DNA from: Podarcis melisellensis
Lineage: Eukaryota
DNA: 64,000 nt
Assembly (NCBI GenBank): GCA_964234715.1
Contig: OZ174276.1
Strand: one strand, 5' to 3'
Under the pieces are notes generated by a model, which was given only the letters and a program-made list of their open reading frames with translations, had not been told where the DNA came from and ran no database searches. Shown here piece after piece: positions 61,254 to 64,000 of the stretch (its first letter is position 1; every line of letters begins with the position of its first letter). The position numbers and the translations under genes were made by a program.

Positions 61254-64000
61254 AGTGGTCCAAGGACTCCAAAGATACTGACACACTCCAGGTCTCAGCA
61301 GCAGTGGAACAATGGCATGCCATTCATCACTAGAGAAGTAGGCTAATAGCAAGAAAGTAGCTTTTGCTCCTGTTGCTTGTGCAAAACATTGCCCTGAAAG
61401 AGATCCAGGAACAGTTTTAAATAAGATGACCTGTTTAACTCAGCAACTTTCTCTAATCTTTTATTAAGTCTTATGTACTTCTTTTATTTATAAATTTATC
61501 ATATACACCCAACGGTAACGTAATTAAAAATCACCATGTATCATATCCATTTCATAAATAAATAAGTTATGTACATTTGATAAGTATGTCAGCTTAAAAA
61601 ATTAATAAACACTGGCAGTAATTAGGATGCTCTAGAAATACCTTATGAAAGTGAAAATTCCATCTAAGTCTATTAAGCAAGCCAAATGTAGAGTATATTG
61701 CATTCAAAATGAAAATCTTGTTTCTTTCAAATTATCAACATCCACAATTTAAAAAAACTAATCCTCATATAAAACCTATTATAATACATATGAACAAACA
61801 AATATTTTAGTAATCCTTTAATGGTACAATTTTTTCTTTAGTAGACCAAGAAAGCTGCTCCCATGGTGTTGAATCCAGCTAAGTCATTGCATGAGCAGAA
61901 TAACTGCTGCTTGCACAATTATAATTCCTTTCTCCTCCCCCTATGCCCAAATCTGCTCCAGAGAGTTGGGCTAAAACCCTGAGCTGATTTGGGTGTGTGG
62001 ACTTACATTGGGGGGGAAAGAGGAAGTGGAAGTTAAATTGCACAGGAGTACCTCATTCTATTTGCTGGATACGACCCATGGAATTTTATTTCATGTCTCC
62101 TTTTATTATTTTGAATCAACTCTAAAGACAAAAAAGGAAGAGCTATCTCAAGAGTAATGCGCTTTTTTTGTTAACACCCAATGTGTTTCAGCCCAAATAG
62201 GCTTTCCTGGGAGGTTTTCTGTTTCCTTGGTAGAGTTCAAAAACAAAGCACTGCAAAGCAAAATGGGCAGCAATGTGTTGGGCATTGATACTGTTGGCTT
62301 CTGGATATTGGTTTTCCTTTTTGTTTTGTTTTTTAATTGCTTCCTTCTGTTTGTTTGTGGCCTTGAATCCATTAACCAGCTTTCAACAGCAACCTTTATG
62401 GGGGCTTTTAGGAGGCTCATTAAAATCCTGTGTGACCAGCCTAAACCTTCCTAAAACTTTACAGTGTAATCCTATGTGTGTGTGTTGTATGTGGGAGCTT
62501 CAACTGAGAAGAAAGTCCCATTGAATTCAATGAAATTTTCTCTCAAGTGTACACAGTCTAAATGACTCTGAAATAAGAAGGCAATACACACACATTTTTG
62601 CCAGAACTTTGCTTCCCTTAGATAAAATGCGAAGCATGGGGCAGGATGGGGAAGCCACTTAAAAGATACCCATGTGTATAAGCCAAGTGAGCCTCCTCAA
62701 ACATGTTTGGGGTGAGGTTAACATTTTGTCTTGTCTAGTAAACATTCAGCACTTTTGAACTGCTCCATCCAGGCCATTAACTAGACAAGACAAACAAGGC
62801 AGTTAGGGTGGGGAAGATTGGCAAGTGCAAAAGGAAAGGAATGCAAAGGAGAGGAAGAAGGGGGTGGGCTGTGTGCAAGCTTATAGCTTGTTCTCCAAAG
62901 CAAAGTATTTGCACAATATTTGACTGCTTTATCAATAAACATATTCCTACTCTGTAAATTTGGGCTGTGCTTAAGTCATCCTTCACCCCAGCAACCCACC
63001 CACTAGCACAATGAGACTTTCCTCTCTCTCTTCCTGGTCCCTCACCAAATCTGCTGTGAATGGGAGAACCCCAAAAACAGCATGCAAGGGGAAAAGAAAG
63101 GAGATTGTTCCATCTGGCAAGCAGAAATGACAGAATGACAGCCTTATTGCACCCATGGTGTAGAGGTTATGCTCAATGTGGCAGCAGTGGGGGCAGAACA
63201 GCAGTATGACTTTGAGACAACGCTAAACAAACAGCCCCACATCCTCTTTCATCATGCTTCTCTCTACATGTGTTGAACACAAGAAAAGGGATATGGTGGA
63301 GAAAAAACCATATAAGGGTGGTATAAGAAACATCCAGGTTTGATTAGCTCAACGTAAAAAGGTATAATCTGCTACAAGGTGTTTGCTTGGTGAGAAAAGG
63401 TTGGCTAAGGGTTAGCTGTGCTATCTGTATGGTTGGTAGGAATGCAGAGTGAGGCTTGCAAAAGAAAATTGCTATGGATGAATTTGTGAGTGGTTACTGA
63501 GGCAGGGGAAGCATAGGTGCAGGTGTCATTTCAATTATTTTGTTTAGTTGGTAATGATGCTTTATATATGGAGTTTTATTGTATTATTGCATTTTTATTT
63601 GTATTTTTTTTTTAATTTAAGGGAATATTTTGTTTTCCTGTTAATCATGCTGCTTTAAATGTGTATTCTGCACTTGACTTTAAATTGCAATGTTTTAATT
63701 TGAAATGTTCTATTTGATGTTTTAAGGTAAGTTTTACACCACTTTAAGATTGTTTCAAAAATAAATATAAAGCAGTATAGAAATGATTTAAATAAAATTA
63801 AAAATGCACATTGACAGAACTAGATATTAAGGTAAGATACTGATTCATTGTTTCAAAGGAATCATAGCCTGTAAGACAAGAACAGTTCAACTAAGAGAGA
63901 TCCATTAATACTTCAACACACAAACACCGACTCCCTCATCAACTTAGCATTCCGTGTAATTGGGCTATCACACAAATCACAGCACACACTCCATTTTCTT

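Noticed and set aside
61400-64000. RBSN promoter or first exon
   Set aside because: There is no CpG island or convincing exon here. The sequence is AT-rich with decayed repeats, so the promoter probably lies beyond the window.

Overview
This is vertebrate genomic DNA, most likely from a squamate and probably a lacertid-type lizard (inferred from Sauria SINEs, Bov-B, CR1 and Penelope-derived repeats). It carries three spliced genes whose exons were rebuilt by hand with GT-AG boundaries and consistent phases. NR2C2/TR4 (+) has a CpG-island promoter at ~780-2370, 14 coding exons at 5736-34347 (629 aa, or 596 aa from the internal Met) and a ~7.3-kb 3'UTR to ~41620. MRPS25 (+) has 4 exons at 43199-46360 (173 aa). 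RBSN/rabenosyn-5 (-) has 11 coding exons at 61253-50640 (791 aa), and its promoter is probably beyond the right edge. Most ORF-track entries are spurious. Most interesting observations: (1) a young, TSD-flanked Penelope-type insertion just upstream of the NR2C2 promoter, made of a perfect 91-bp inverted repeat with a minimal hammerhead-ribozyme motif on each strand; (2) a tRNA-Ser(GCT) 5' fragment fused to a CR1 tail; (3) MRPS25 apparently inverted relative to mammals; (4) a DR1/composite nuclear-receptor element in NR2C2's own 5' region; (5) overlapping uORFs positioned to regulate start-codon choice in NR2C2 and RBSN.
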